Counted from the stretch's first letter, positions 20,149 to 30,798 are shown. The stretch is DNA of 64,000 nt from an uncultured Candidatus Saccharibacteria bacterium (GCA_964360065.1 CAYHTW010000002.1:2251-66250); one strand, 5' to 3'. Numbers and translations are program-made. The notes: a model not told the origin generated them from the letters alone.

Positions 20149-20283
20149 ACCCCGTTAGAAATTTTTGTAGTCATGTTTTTTAATTCTTTTATTGCGGCCC
20201 CGCTAGCGACAACTGAATTTCTAGCGGGGTTCGTAAGTTTATGCTTCGATATGGCTCAGCATAATCCTGAACTTACTGAAGGA
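20149..20283. repeat. Cluster of REP-like palindromic elements
   Basis: ACCCCGTTAGAAA at 20149; CCCCGCTAG...CTAGCGGGG at about 20197-20229; CTTCGA...CTCAG..CTGA...TGAAG at 20244-20281. Confidence 0.55.
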
Positions 20284-21063
20284 CTAGATGAAGAAAATTA
20301 AAATGCCTAGAATGATCATGGCGAGCCCAGCCCAAAACCGCACTCTTTTCATGTTTGTCTTTTTCCATTCCTGCATTTTGTCCACAATCGTTTTGTCTGC
20401 CGCGATCCAAAGCACTACGGCAAGCGGCAACGCAAGGATTAGGTTATAGAGCGCGAGGTAACCGAAGCCCGTGAAGTATGTTACTTGGTCGCGAAGCAAA
20501 CCAATGACCATGAGGTATGGTCCGCCCATACAGGGGAACTGGCAGATACCAACCAAAAGCCCCAACCCGAATGCGGCCGGGAACGACGCTTTTTCCATCA
20601 GCCGACCCATTGCAGTATGGGAAACTGACGGAATTTTTAGCTTGATCGGGAATCTTGGGAAAAACTCGTTGATGAGGTTAATTACTCCAAAAACGATGAG
20701 AATTGTCGCTCCAAGTTTACCCATGAAGTGGGGTGTGTTGAACAGGTGCAACACCTTGAGAATGCCGAGCCCAATCAAGAAATACGCTGCAAAAATCCCA
20801 GCGATATACGTACCGCCGATCTGAAGGATTCTTTTCCTTGTCATCTGCATCCCAAAGAGGAATGCGATAGTGATGAGAAGAATGGAGAATGAACACGGAT
20901 GAACGCTGTCGAGAAGAGCGGCGAGCAAGACGAGTGGCAGAAGCCACGCACCCTTATTACTTAAATCCCAGATGAGTGAGGCAGTTATAGCGCTATTCTT
21001 GAGTACCACAAGCCCGACAATGACTGCAACGACTACGGAAAGAATTATTAGTATTCTTTTCAT
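20284..21063 (-). CDS. CcdA/DsbD-like thiol-disulfide membrane transporter
   Basis: Multiple TMs with HPCS and FPCMGGPY Cys pair. Confidence 0.8.
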   Translation of the reverse strand: MKRILIILSVVVAVIVGLVVLKNSAITASLIWDLSNKGAWLLPLVLLAALLDSVHPCSFSILLITIAFLFGMQMTRKRILQIGGTYIAGIFAAYFLIGLGILKVLHLFNTPHFMGKLGATILIVFGVINLINEFFPRFPIKLKIPSVSHTAMGRLMEKASFPAAFGLGLLVGICQFPCMGGPYLMVIGLLRDQVTYFTGFGYLALYNLILALPLAVVLWIAADKTIVDKMQEWKKTNMKRVRFWAGLAMIILGILIFFI

Positions 21064-21068
21064 GGGAG

Positions 21069-21569
21069 TTATGGAGTTACTACCGCTTTTATCTCAAGCC
21101 GTGTCGTTCCTCCATTCGCTTCAGTGAGATCAACGAATCTGTCTACCGATCCCACGCCTGCTGGTCCGTGAGCGTTCGGATCGTAAACAACCCTTACGTC
21201 CAGCGATTCTCCGGTCTTGATAACTTCATTTGCCTTGGCGACCTGTCCGCCGTGTCCTGGCATTCCAAACGGCCCCTTTTCTCTACCAGCATTTTCAGTA
21301 TACGCGATAGTGCACATACAGGAAGTTACGACACTTGAGAGTGTCACATCTTTATCTGTCGGATTGGTTACCTTAAATACCTTTTCTACTTTTCCATTAG
21401 TCATTGAAATCGTTCCGAAATCGTACGGCGTTTCTAAAGCGACTAAAGAACCTTTTTCGCTATTCTCGGCCACCGAAGGTACGATTGTCTGATTACTCCG
21501 ACCATAGAACATAAGGCCTATCAGCCCGAGCACGATAATCGCACCTATAATTATTGTTTTTTTATTCAT
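21069..21569 (-). CDS. DUF1573-like Ig-fold exported protein with CxC motif
   Basis: YDFGTI, TSCMCT, FGMPGHG, PNAHGP. Confidence 0.75.
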   Translation of the reverse strand: MNKKTIIIGAIIVLGLIGLMFYGRSNQTIVPSVAENSEKGSLVALETPYDFGTISMTNGKVEKVFKVTNPTDKDVTLSSVVTSCMCTIAYTENAGREKGPFGMPGHGGQVAKANEVIKTGESLDVRVVYDPNAHGPAGVGSVDRFVDLTEANGGTTRLEIKAVVTP

Positions 21570-21654
21570 GTTGTTAGTAGAAATTACAAAACCAGTTCGA
21601 CTTACCCGTCCGTAGTTTTATATGGAGGAGGGCAAACGGTTTTACATCGGCGCC

Positions 21655-22068
21655 TTAGTAAGTAGCGGGACTATTTTCGTGCAGAGCTAGCCAGCGCGTT
21701 ATCTCTCTTTTGTATGAAGTGTCGGGCGGAAAATTATAAAGAATACCGACAAGAGCAAGCGGCCTAAGTAAGGATGGACTTATAAAAACTACGAATGTCA
21801 TCCACGGAACAAGAAGTAAAGAAATTATGAGCGCTACGGTACCGAAATTTACGGGTACGTTGATAAATGACTGATAGGCAGAAATATGATGGAGAACTAT
21901 AGCCACAGTATCCTGTGGGCAAAGTGATGCTCCAATTGCTGAAAATGGGCAATCCCCTGATATGCGTCCGTCTGGTCCGTGCATCATAGTGGCAAAGCTA
22001 AAAAGTACGATCGCCATGAACGATAACAGAATAAGTGATGTAATAATTTTATTAAGTAAAGATGGCAT
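21655..22068 (-). CDS. Hypothetical membrane protein with Met/His/Cys motifs
   Basis: MMHG..DCPF...CP...HH between two TMs. Confidence 0.7.
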   Translation of the reverse strand: MPSLLNKIITSLILLSFMAIVLFSFATMMHGPDGRISGDCPFSAIGASLCPQDTVAIVLHHISAYQSFINVPVNFGTVALIISLLLVPWMTFVVFISPSLLRPLALVGILYNFPPDTSYKREITRWLALHENSPATY

Positions 22069-22074
22069 ACTTGA

Positions 22075-22296
22075 TTAAATGGTTTCTCCGCGCCTCTCAA
22101 GCATCATGTGATGAATTGTTCCAATCGCAAGCCAAATTGCGATAAGAATAAGAATTCCGGCACAGAGCAGGGCATCAACCTTTGTAACCCCGAATACCAA
22201 GTTATCGGCACCGCCGAGAATAGCGGCCGCGAATGTAATGACTCCGGCGAAGCCTACGGTAACGCTGGTAATATGCATTAATTTTGATAATTTCAT
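22075..22296 (-). CDS. Small two-TM hypothetical protein
   Basis: 73 aa hydrophobic, TIHHMM. Confidence 0.7.
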   Translation of the reverse strand: MKLSKLMHITSVTVGFAGVITFAAAILGGADNLVFGVTKVDALLCAGILILIAIWLAIGTIHHMMLERRGETI

Positions 22297-22331
22297 AATA
22301 TTTTTTTAATTAATCCAGTAATTTCGACCTT

Positions 22332-24632
22332 TTATAATTTTTTACTTTTAATGCGGAGTGAATTGCCGACTACAGATACACTGGACATTGCCATCGCGAA
22401 TCCAGCGAATACCGGTGACAAGAGCCATCCGAAGACCGGATAAAAAATTCCGGCTGCAAGCGGAATGCCGACAATATTATATATAAAAGCCCAAAAAAGG
22501 TTTTGTTTGATTCCGCGCATGGTCATTTTAGAGAGTGAAATTGCTTTGACCAACTTTGAAATATCTCCGTGGAGAAGAGTGATGCCTGCCGACTCAATCG
22601 CCACGTCCGTGCCTGTGGCCATAGCAATGCCGATATCGGCTTGCGCGAGCGCTGGCGCGTCATTAACGCCGTCTCCATCCATCGCCACAATTTTACTCTC
22701 CGCCTGCAATTCTTTTATTTTATTTAACTTATCTTCCGGCATTACTTCCGCGACTACATCGTCTATTCCTACCTGTTTTGCTATCGCCAGAGCCGTATTT
22801 TTATCGTCTCCGGTAAGCATTACTATTTTAATGCCAAGCTTGTGAAGATTTTTCACCGCCTCTATCGCTTCCGGTTTTATGGCGTCCGCAACCATAAATA
22901 CACCAAGTACGGATTCTTTGGTAGCAAGTACAACCGGTGTTTTCCCTTCGGCGGTTTCTTTTTGAAGTTCTTCTTTATTAAAAGCGAGGTTTAAGTCAGA
23001 AATGAGTTTGATGTTGCCGGCAAAATATTCCGCGCCGGAAACCGTTCCCTTTAATCCCTTGCCTTTTATAATTTCAAAGCCCGAAACAGACGCAAGCTCA
23101 ATACTATTCTGCTTCGCGTATTCCGTAACAGCGTGGGCAATTGGATGCTCGGATTTATTCTCAAGCGAAGCCAAAATTGAGATTATTTCTTTTTCGCTTT
23201 TTGATGAATGATTTTTAATGCTTACCAATTCCGGCCTCCCGCGGGTCAATGTGCCTGTCTTATCAACTACCACCACATTCACCTTATGAAGCTTCTCAAG
23301 TGTGGCCGCGTCTTTTACCAGTATTCCTTCACCTGCACCCTTGCCTACTCCAACGATAATCGCTGTCGGTGTGGCCAACCCTAAGGCACACGGGCAGGCA
23401 ATGACCAAGACCCCGACAAATGAAACCAGCCCGTACGAAAGCGCCTGCGCGAACCCAAGATACTGCGAGCCAATAAGAAACCAGAGGCCAAGAGAAAGAA
23501 AGGCAATAACTAACACAATCGGCACAAACACACCGGAAATTTTATCCGCCAACGCCTGAATCGGCGCCTTTGACCCCTGCGCTTCCTCAACCATCCTTAT
23601 GATGTTCGCGAGCATGGTTTCGGAACCAACCTTTGTCGCTTTGAAAATAAAAGCGCCGCTTGTATTAATAGTCCCGGCGACAACGGTATCCCCAGGCATT
23701 TTCTCAACCGGCATCGGCTCACCGGAAATCATTGATTCGTCAACAAAGGACTGCCCTTCGGTAATTACACCATCAACTGGAATTTTCCCTGCTGGTTTTA
23801 CAATAATCAAATCACCGTGTACGACCTCGGTAATAGGAATTTCAACTTCTTTCCCGTCTCTTGTTACGAGCGCTGTTTTGGCCTGCAAATTTAAAAGTTT
23901 TTCTATCGCGTCTCCAGTCTTCAATTTTGAACTAGCTTCAAGATATTTGCCAAGCGTAATGAAAGCAATGACTATAATCGTCACATCAAAGTAGGACTGA
24001 TTAACATTTATGTAGGGCTTTAGAGTTTCCCCGAACGCCATAATAGCAAAGCTATATACAAAAGCCGCACTTGTTCCAATACCTATAAGCGTATCCATAT
24101 TAGCCTTGCCATAGCGGAGAAACCTGTAAAATCCCAAAAGATACGGCTTACCGACAACAAGAAGCATGTAAGTCGCCATGATTGGGAGCAAATATCGAAA
24201 AGCTCCTTCCCAAACCGGCGTAGCAGCTGGAATAATTTTGAACTGCGCCAAAATGTCCCATGCCAATATAACGGCACTAATAAAAGCAAGCGGCAGAGCG
24301 GATAAAACTTTCGTTCTCATATCAGCAAGTTCGGCCAGCTTTTCATTTTTCGTCTGATTAAGTCCCAAGTGCGCTGCGTGCTCGCCCTCGGACATTCCCA
24401 TTTCCGCCGCGGACCGCTCTTCTGGAACAACTAAAGAATATCCAAGTGGCTCAATGTGTTTGGAAAGAGCCTGAGGACTTGTTTTTGAAGGATCAAAAGA
24501 AACTTTTGCTTTTTCCGTGCCATAATTGACCTCAACGGATTCCACTCCTTCAACTTTTTTGAAAGTCTTTTCAATCATTGATGAGCACGAAGCGCAATGC
24601 ATTCCGCGAATCTTATATGTTTCTTTTTTCAT
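22332..24632 (-). CDS. copA: Cu(I)-translocating P1B-type ATPase
   Basis: [28 protein letters not shown] and MSSVSV transmembrane ligands. Confidence 0.95.
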   Translation of the reverse strand: MKKETYKIRGMHCASCSSMIEKTFKKVEGVESVEVNYGTEKAKVSFDPSKTSPQALSKHIEPLGYSLVVPEERSAAEMGMSEGEHAAHLGLNQTKNEKLAELADMRTKVLSALPLAFISAVILAWDILAQFKIIPAATPVWEGAFRYLLPIMATYMLLVVGKPYLLGFYRFLRYGKANMDTLIGIGTSAAFVYSFAIMAFGETLKPYINVNQSYFDVTIIVIAFITLGKYLEASSKLKTGDAIEKLLNLQAKTALVTRDGKEVEIPITEVVHGDLIIVKPAGKIPVDGVITEGQSFVDESMISGEPMPVEKMPGDTVVAGTINTSGAFIFKATKVGSETMLANIIRMVEEAQGSKAPIQALADKISGVFVPIVLVIAFLSLGLWFLIGSQYLGFAQALSYGLVSFVGVLVIACPCALGLATPTAIIVGVGKGAGEGILVKDAATLEKLHKVNVVVVDKTGTLTRGRPELVSIKNHSSKSEKEIISILASLENKSEHPIAHAVTEYAKQNSIELASVSGFEIIKGKGLKGTVSGAEYFAGNIKLISDLNLAFNKEELQKETAEGKTPVVLATKESVLGVFMVADAIKPEAIEAVKNLHKLGIKIVMLTGDDKNTALAIAKQVGIDDVVAEVMPEDKLNKIKELQAESKIVAMDGDGVNDAPALAQADIGIAMATGTDVAIESAGITLLHGDISKLVKAISLSKMTMRGIKQNLFWAFIYNIVGIPLAAGIFYPVFGWLLSPVFAGFAMAMSSVSVVGNSLRIKSKKL

Positions 24633-24681
24633 AATATTTATATGGTGACTTGCCTTGAGTTTGTCGAATGGGTTTACTAAA

Positions 24682-24957
24682 TTATTTTCTCTTAAGTTTA
24701 TAGACTTTGAGGACTTCCTCTTTCGCCTTGCTTGTTTGCCCGGACCTTACTTGGTTCAAGATACAACTGCCCAAATGGTTTTCAAGCAATAAATCTTCCA
24801 CATTTGAGAGACCTTGTTTGACTGCCGATGTTTGGGTTATCACGTTTATGCAATAAGTGTTTTTTTCGACCATTTCCTGCAATCCCCGGATTTGGCCCTC
24901 AAGAATCTTAAGTCGGCGGACGATCTTAAGTTTCGCTTTGTCTTCCATATATTTCAT
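24682..24957 (-). CDS. csoR: CsoR/RcnR-family metal-sensing repressor
   Basis: [21 protein letters not shown] (C-H-C ligand set); start 24957 or 24948. Confidence 0.85.
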   Translation of the reverse strand: MKYMEDKAKLKIVRRLKILEGQIRGLQEMVEKNTYCINVITQTSAVKQGLSNVEDLLLENHLGSCILNQVRSGQTSKAKEEVLKVYKLKRK

Positions 24958-24965
24958 ACAGAAAC

Positions 24966-24993
24966 AGTATATACCCCCTAGGGGTATAGTCAA
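24966..24993 (-). promoter_or_regulatory. Sigma70 promoter with CsoR-type operator between -35 and -10
   Basis: TTGACT-16-TATACT; inverted repeat TATACCCC-cta-GGGGTATA at 24970-24988. Confidence 0.85.
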
Positions 24994-25084
24994 ATTTAAA
25001 AATAGAAATGATTAGAAATATACTCAAGTAGTAAAGAGCTATTTCCTATATAATTAATATGGGCTTATAAGGCCGTTAATTGTT

Positions 25085-25708
25085 ATGGCTTCACCAACAG
25101 ATCCGACGGGGGCAATGGAACTCCTCATTAATTATCGTTATTGGCTCCTCGTCCCCCTCTCCTTTATTGAAGGACCGGTAGTATCTTTCATCGCGGGGGC
25201 GTTATCGCGCCTCGGTTATTTTAATCCTTATTTAGCTTTCGTTATATTTTTTCTGAAAGATATTATTGTAGACGGCGTCTTCTATGTTGTCGGCCGTTTC
25301 GGTGAGAAAGCTTCACTTGTCAGAAGACTTCTAGCCAAAATAGGGATTAAGGAGGGGCACATCGACGAAGTGAGGATCTTATGGGCCAAGCACGGTTTTA
25401 GGACTATGCTTCTAAGTAAATTGTCATATGGCCTATCTCCCGGATTCCTTATGGCTGCTGGGATGGTGGGTATGCCGGTGGGAGTATTTTTCAAGTACGC
25501 AGTTTTGGTCAGTCTGGCTCAATATGGGGTATTATTTATGTTGGGATACTACTTCGGGAATGCTTTTGGAAACGCGACTAATGTGTTAGAGAATATACAG
25601 TATGTGATTGGGGCGGTACTCTTGGTGGCCACTGTCTACTATATACTTACCAGATATGTAAGCCGAAAACTGATAGAAGAAGAGAAAGAGGTTAAGAAAG
25701 AACTATAA
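25085..25708 (+). CDS. DedA/VTT-family membrane protein
   Basis: IEGP, YVVGRFG, AAGMVGMP..FF. Confidence 0.85.
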   Translation: MASPTDPTGAMELLINYRYWLLVPLSFIEGPVVSFIAGALSRLGYFNPYLAFVIFFLKDIIVDGVFYVVGRFGEKASLVRRLLAKIGIKEGHIDEVRILWAKHGFRTMLLSKLSYGLSPGFLMAAGMVGMPVGVFFKYAVLVSLAQYGVLFMLGYYFGNAFGNATNVLENIQYVIGAVLLVATVYYILTRYVSRKLIEEEKEVKKEL

Positions 25709-25712
25709 ACAT

Positions 25713-26840
25713 ATGAAAATAGCTTTTTGCACCGACATTTATCTCCCACAACTTAGCGGTGTAGCTGACTCAGTCAAGTTAATAACCGGCAACCTTAAGC
25801 ATGGGGGCCATAAGGTGAGAATCTACGCTCCGGATAGACCGGAGGCCAAGCCAGATCCGGAGATAATGAGATTAAGTTCTTGGGAAATTCCACAATCTCA
25901 CGGAGATTTGGCGTTTGTTGTGCCCGTAGGCATGACAAAAGACATGAGAGAATTTGCCCCAGACTTAATCCACGTTCACACTTTTTCAACTATAGGCGTG
26001 GCTACTCTTTACGCTAGACACGCCCTAGGAGTTCCATTAGTCGGAACTGACCACACCTTCCCAGCCGACTATATGCATTATTTTAAATTGGACTACGAAC
26101 CATTTAAAGATGGTGCCCGTAAATTCGCCGCCTGGTTTTATAACCACTGCGATCAGGTAACGGCGCCTAGCAAAAGCATGATTGAAGAACTTAAAAAGTA
26201 TGGACTGAAAGTTCCGACTAATGTTATTTCTAACATCATACCCACGGATATTTTTAAGCCATTAGGAGGGAAAGATTCCTTGAAAAAGAAATTTGGCGTT
26301 AATGGCAAGGGAGTGCTTATCTTCGGCAGGGTGGCTAAAGAAAAGAATCTGGATTTTGCTTTGGAGGTTTTCGCGGAAGCAGCTAAAGAGGAAGAAATGA
26401 CTTTTGTTGTTTTGGGGCATGGTCCTCACGCAGAAGAGCTGCAGCAGAAAGCGGAAAGTATGGGAGTGAATTCCAAGTTTCTGGGAGCCTTACGTGGTAA
26501 GGCTCTGGTAGAAGCTATCAACGCCTGCGATCTCTATTTAATTACGAGCACTTCGGACACCCAATCAATGACTACCCTGCAGTCTATGGCCTGTGAACTG
26601 CCGGTAGTTGGAGCTAAAGCCGGTGGACTCCCGGAGTATATTCTTGATGGTTTAACCGGCTTTGTGGTGGAACCGACCGACAAAAAGACTTATGTAGAGA
26701 GGGTTTTAAAATTGCTTAGGGACGATGAGATGTCTAAGGCTTTCGGAGAAGCAGGCAGAAAAAAGTCTATGGAGTTTTCTCCTGAATCTATCACTGATAA
26801 ATTTGAGGAGGTTTACAAGAAAGCTTTAGCGACCCAATAA
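25713..26840 (+). CDS. GT4 glycosyltransferase (diacylglycerol glycosyltransferase-like)
   Basis: TDIYLPQLSGV, HVHT, GRVAKEKN, DTQSMTTLQSMACELPVV. Confidence 0.85.
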   Translation: MKIAFCTDIYLPQLSGVADSVKLITGNLKHGGHKVRIYAPDRPEAKPDPEIMRLSSWEIPQSHGDLAFVVPVGMTKDMREFAPDLIHVHTFSTIGVATLYARHALGVPLVGTDHTFPADYMHYFKLDYEPFKDGARKFAAWFYNHCDQVTAPSKSMIEELKKYGLKVPTNVISNIIPTDIFKPLGGKDSLKKKFGVNGKGVLIFGRVAKEKNLDFALEVFAEAAKEEEMTFVVLGHGPHAEELQQKAESMGVNSKFLGALRGKALVEAINACDLYLITSTSDTQSMTTLQSMACELPVVGAKAGGLPEYILDGLTGFVVEPTDKKTYVERVLKLLRDDEMSKAFGEAGRKKSMEFSPESITDKFEEVYKKALATQ

Positions 26841-26846
26841 TAAAAT

Positions 26847-27566
26847 ATGAATGAAATGAAAATAAGCTTAGTTGTTCCCGCCTACAACGAAGAAAAATAC
26901 ATTAGTAGCTGCCTGGAAAGCGTTATCAAAAACGGCGGAGAATTATACGAAATTGTAGTTGTTGACAACGCAAGTACAGACAAGACTGCTGGAGTTGCCG
27001 CTCGCTTTAGGAGAGTGAGAGTTGTCACCGAACCCAAGAAGGGTGTCACCATAGCAAGACAGCGTGGCGTTCGGGAAAGTTCGGGAGACATCATTGCCTT
27101 TATTGACGCCGATACCAGGATGCCTGAACATTGGGTTAAGGAAGTAGTTAAGAATTTTAAGGTTGACGAGAAACTAGTTTGTCTAAGCGGACCTTATATT
27201 TTTTACGATGTCTCTCGGCTGGCTAAAGTCGGTGTTTGGCTTTACTGGAAAGTGCTCGCAAGACTGGCCTATTTATTTACCGGCTATATGGCGGTTGGAG
27301 GGAACTTCGCAGTACGGCGTGAAGCTTTAGAGAAAATAGGCGGGTTTAATCCGAATATTAGTTTCTACGGCGATGATACGGATACAGCAAGACGTTTATA
27401 TAAAGTTGGGAGAGTAAAATTCAACCAGAAGTTAGTCATGTATACTTCAGCCAGAAGACTCAGGGGGGAAGGATTCCTTCTGACTGCGTACCGGTATGCC
27501 ATTAATTTCCTCTCCGAAGTATTTACAAGTAAGCCCTTTACGAATGAGTATAAAGATGTACGTTAA
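26847..27566 (+). CDS. GT2 glycosyltransferase
   Basis: VPAYNEE, VDNASTD, FIDAD, TSARR. Confidence 0.9.
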   Translation: MNEMKISLVVPAYNEEKYISSCLESVIKNGGELYEIVVVDNASTDKTAGVAARFRRVRVVTEPKKGVTIARQRGVRESSGDIIAFIDADTRMPEHWVKEVVKNFKVDEKLVCLSGPYIFYDVSRLAKVGVWLYWKVLARLAYLFTGYMAVGGNFAVRREALEKIGGFNPNISFYGDDTDTARRLYKVGRVKFNQKLVMYTSARRLRGEGFLLTAYRYAINFLSEVFTSKPFTNEYKDVR

Positions 27567-28225
27567 TGACTAAAAACTATCTTAAAATCCTATTGCTTCG
27601 TTATAAAGAGTGCTTTAACAGCACTTCTTACATAACAACTTTTACTTCTGGTGTCATACTTTTTATTGTCTCTTCCGTCGCTTACTTTTATTCAGCCATC
27701 TACGCCACCGAGAAGGCCAGTAACTATGTCACGGACATTATACTAAGCAACACCAGGGTTTTTGACGTGGACTTAGCCTTTATCTACGGGCCGGTAGTAC
27801 TTTGGGCCTTCGTACTTACTTTGCTTCTTAATGACCCGAAAAAGATCCCATTCACTCTTAAAGCCGTTTCTCTATTTATATTAATACGGTCTGTGTTCGT
27901 TAGCATCACTCACCTAGGCCCCTTCCCTACCCAGGTAGATATAGGACCTTCAAATTTCTTAGCAACCATTATGGCTGGCGGAGACTACTTCTTCTCTGGA
28001 CACACCGGACTTCCATATCTGCTCACCCTCCTTTTCTGGAACAATCTTTTCTTAAAAGTGTTTTTCTTTGCTTCCGCAATTTTCTTTGGGGCAGTGGTAC
28101 TCCTGGGACATCTACACTACTCCATAGACGTACTTGCGGCCTTCTTTATCACCTACAGCATTTACCGTCTCTCCGAGCTATTCTTCCCTAATGATAAGAA
28201 GATCTTTGGGGAGGGCTTCGTATAA
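27566..28225 (+). CDS. PAP2-superfamily (sphingomyelin synthase-like) membrane protein
   Basis: DYFFSGHT and HLHYSIDV motifs, about 6 TMs. Confidence 0.75.
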   Translation: MTKNYLKILLLRYKECFNSTSYITTFTSGVILFIVSSVAYFYSAIYATEKASNYVTDIILSNTRVFDVDLAFIYGPVVLWAFVLTLLLNDPKKIPFTLKAVSLFILIRSVFVSITHLGPFPTQVDIGPSNFLATIMAGGDYFFSGHTGLPYLLTLLFWNNLFLKVFFFASAIFFGAVVLLGHLHYSIDVLAAFFITYSIYRLSELFFPNDKKIFGEGFV

Positions 28226-28330
28226 TTTTATCCTGCCCTAACCTGGCTTAATCTGTCCAAAAAACACTATTTCGGATAGAATGGACACGAACCTTTGGGG
28301 GCTTAGTTTAATGATAAAACTATCGTTTAT

Positions 28331-28401
28331 GGGTCTATAGTTCAATGGCAGAATGTCGGTCTCCAAAACCGATGATCGAGGTTCGAATCCTCGTGGACCC
28401 G
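28331..28401 (+). tRNA. tRNA-Trp(CCA)
   Basis: TCGGT-CTCCAAA-ACCGA anticodon arm. Confidence 0.95.
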
Positions 28402-28408
28402 CATATAT

Positions 28409-29605
28409 TTATTTCTTATAAGAAACTTTGACAAAGTGGCGCTTTCCTACTTGAAGGATAGAACCATTTAAAATTTGATGCTTCGGATCTTTTACAACTT
28501 CGCTGTCTACTTTAACCGCACCCTGCCTAACTAAACGCCACGCATCGCTTTTACTGGATGCTAGTCTCACCTCCATTAAAATAGTGGCCAAATCTCGGCT
28601 TTTCGTCTTAGCTGTTTTTATATCTTGCGGCAATTCTTTTTTACCGAAAACCTTTGTAAACTCTTCCTCTGCTTTTTTCGCCGCGGCTTCTCCGTAAATT
28701 TTTTTGACTATCTCGAAAGCGACTCGCATCTTGGCCTCTTTTGGCCCTTTCTTTAAAATAGACTTGACTTCCGGCAGCGGCACGCGCGTGCAATTCACGA
28801 AAAAGATTTCTGTCATTTCATCTGGCTGAGCCATCACCGATCCGTACATTTCGTTCGGCGGAGAAGAAAGGAATACTCCTGTCCCACTGCTTTTTGACAT
28901 AAGTTCCCCGGTCTTCGGGTTTTCCATAAGATTGACGACGATGACGAATTTGTTCTTGTTCTTGAGACGCTTAACCAGCGTCCGACCCGCAAGAGCGTTG
29001 AAAGTCTGGTCGGTCCCACAAAGCTCGGCGTCGACATCCATCGCCACGCTGTCATAACCCTGCATAAGTGGGTAAAGGAACTCGTGGAGATGAATCGGCA
29101 GCTGGTCTTTCAGGCGCTTCTGGAACATATCCCTTTCGAGCATTTGCTGAACAGTAAAATTGGATGCGAGAGAAATAATATCTTTCAGGGACAACTTTGA
29201 AAGCCACTTACCATTATATAAAACTTTCGGCGGGTTTTTTTTGTCGTTAAAATCCAGAAGTGGTTTTATCTGTTTTAGCCAGTCTTTAACGTTTTCTTTT
29301 ACCCCATTTTCTGTAAGTTGTTTTCTGGCTTCTGTCCTGCCGCTGGGGTCTCCGATTCTCGCAGTGAAATCACCGAACAAAACAACCACTTCGTGCCCAA
29401 GCTGGCGCATCTCCTCGAGAAACATATAGTTTTTGGCATGACTAAGATGCAGTGCCGATGAAGTTGGGTCGGCGCCTATGTAAATTCTCAACGTGTCACC
29501 GGCAATCAACCTCTCAAGCAGGGCTTCTTTCGACGGCAGTATCTGGACAACAACTCCTCTGTCTAAAATTTCGTTTATACGTTTCTTGTCGGTAATCATC
29601 TTCAT
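28409..29605 (-). CDS. tyrS: Tyrosine--tRNA ligase
   Basis: GADPT..LHLSH, YPLMQGYD, LMSKS, C-terminal S4 domain. Confidence 0.95.
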   Translation of the reverse strand: MKMITDKKRINEILDRGVVVQILPSKEALLERLIAGDTLRIYIGADPTSSALHLSHAKNYMFLEEMRQLGHEVVVLFGDFTARIGDPSGRTEARKQLTENGVKENVKDWLKQIKPLLDFNDKKNPPKVLYNGKWLSKLSLKDIISLASNFTVQQMLERDMFQKRLKDQLPIHLHEFLYPLMQGYDSVAMDVDAELCGTDQTFNALAGRTLVKRLKNKNKFVIVVNLMENPKTGELMSKSSGTGVFLSSPPNEMYGSVMAQPDEMTEIFFVNCTRVPLPEVKSILKKGPKEAKMRVAFEIVKKIYGEAAAKKAEEEFTKVFGKKELPQDIKTAKTKSRDLATILMEVRLASSKSDAWRLVRQGAVKVDSEVVKDPKHQILNGSILQVGKRHFVKVSYKK

Positions 29606-29622
29606 ATTAGATAAATTCTAAC

Positions 29623-29650
29623 ACAAAAGCCGCTTTTCGGCGGCCTTTGT
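29623..29650 (-). terminator. Terminator after clpP
   Basis: ACAAAGGCCGC-cgaaaa-GCGGCTTTTGT. Confidence 0.6.
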
Positions 29651-29679
29651 CTTGATTCTTCATTTCTGCTTACGGCTTT

Positions 29680-30303
29680 TTACTGTTTGGCTTTCTTAAT
29701 AACTTCATCAATTAAACCGTATTGTTTAGCTTCTTCGGCGCTGAACCAGTAGTCTCTATCTATGTCTTTCTCAATCTTGGTTATAGGTTGACCGGTGGCT
29801 TTGGACATAATTTGAATTAACTTCTCCTTTGATTTCAAAATGTGTTTGGCTGTTATGGCAATATCTGTGGCCTGCCCCTCCACTCCGCCTAAGGGCTGGT
29901 GCAGCAAAACTTCTGCATTGGGCAATATATGTCTCTTCCCTTTGGCGCCGGAAGCCAAAACCCAGGCCCCGCCAGAAGCAGCCATGCCAACGCAGACAGT
30001 AGAAACATCGGGTTTAATGTGGTTCATAGTGTCTATAATGGCGAGAGTGCTGGAAACCGAACCTCCTGGAGAATTGATGTAAAGCTTAATATCTTCTTTG
30101 GAGTTTTCACCTTCCAGGAAAAATAGTTGTGCGATAACTAAGTTGCCGGACTGGTCGTCAATCGGACCGCTTAAGAAAACTACTCGGTCTTTTAGAAGAC
30201 GGGAATAGATATCGTAAGCTCTCTCGCCGTAACTGGATTTTTCTATAACTGTCGGAATTAAGTATTGTGCTCTGCTATCTCGGCTGTTTTTGGTATTTTC
30301 CAT
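29680..30303 (-). CDS. clpP: ClpP protease subunit
   Basis: [23 protein letters not shown]. Confidence 0.97.
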   Translation of the reverse strand: MENTKNSRDSRAQYLIPTVIEKSSYGERAYDIYSRLLKDRVVFLSGPIDDQSGNLVIAQLFFLEGENSKEDIKLYINSPGGSVSSTLAIIDTMNHIKPDVSTVCVGMAASGGAWVLASGAKGKRHILPNAEVLLHQPLGGVEGQATDIAITAKHILKSKEKLIQIMSKATGQPITKIEKDIDRDYWFSAEEAKQYGLIDEVIKKAKQ

Positions 30304-30308
30304 ATGTT

Positions 30309-30779
30309 TTATTTGTTGAAAGAAGAGCTGACTATTTCTTCCGCTTCTTTAACATCTCCCCAGCCACGTACCTCCACGTATTTGCCTTTTTCGAGATTTT
30401 TGTAGGTCTTGAAGAACTCTTCTATTTCATCTCTCAAAGACTCTGGGATATCGTTGATATCTTTCCAGTGTCTATAGTGCGGGTCTTTTTCCGGAACGGC
30501 GATTATCTTTTCGTCATTGTCTCCCGAATCCACCATTCTAAAAACGGCGATAGGTCGCGATGGGACAATACAGCCTGGGACTACAGAAAAACGATTTAAG
30601 ATAAGAACATCCAACGGATCTCCGTCGGAATACAAAGTGTCTGGTATGTAACCGTAGTCGGCTGGATAGTGGACCGAACTGTGGATAACGCGATCCAGCA
30701 TAATACGGCCGCTATCTTTGTCCATTTCGTATTTATTTCTTGAGCCCCTTGGAGTTTCAACGATAACGTTAATGGTCAT
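30309..30779 (-). CDS. ppa: Inorganic pyrophosphatase
   Basis: NKYE, YPADYG, DGDPLDV. Confidence 0.95.
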   Translation of the reverse strand: MTINVIVETPRGSRNKYEMDKDSGRIMLDRVIHSSVHYPADYGYIPDTLYSDGDPLDVLILNRFSVVPGCIVPSRPIAVFRMVDSGDNDEKIIAVPEKDPHYRHWKDINDIPESLRDEIEEFFKTYKNLEKGKYVEVRGWGDVKEAEEIVSSSFNK

Positions 30780-30798
30780 ATATGTGATTTTAATTGAA

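Noticed and set aside
22670-22690. CopA hinge reads MDGDGVND rather than the usual M(A/V)GDGxND
   Set aside because: Single substitution outside the invariant GDGxND; could be a variant or a sequencing error.
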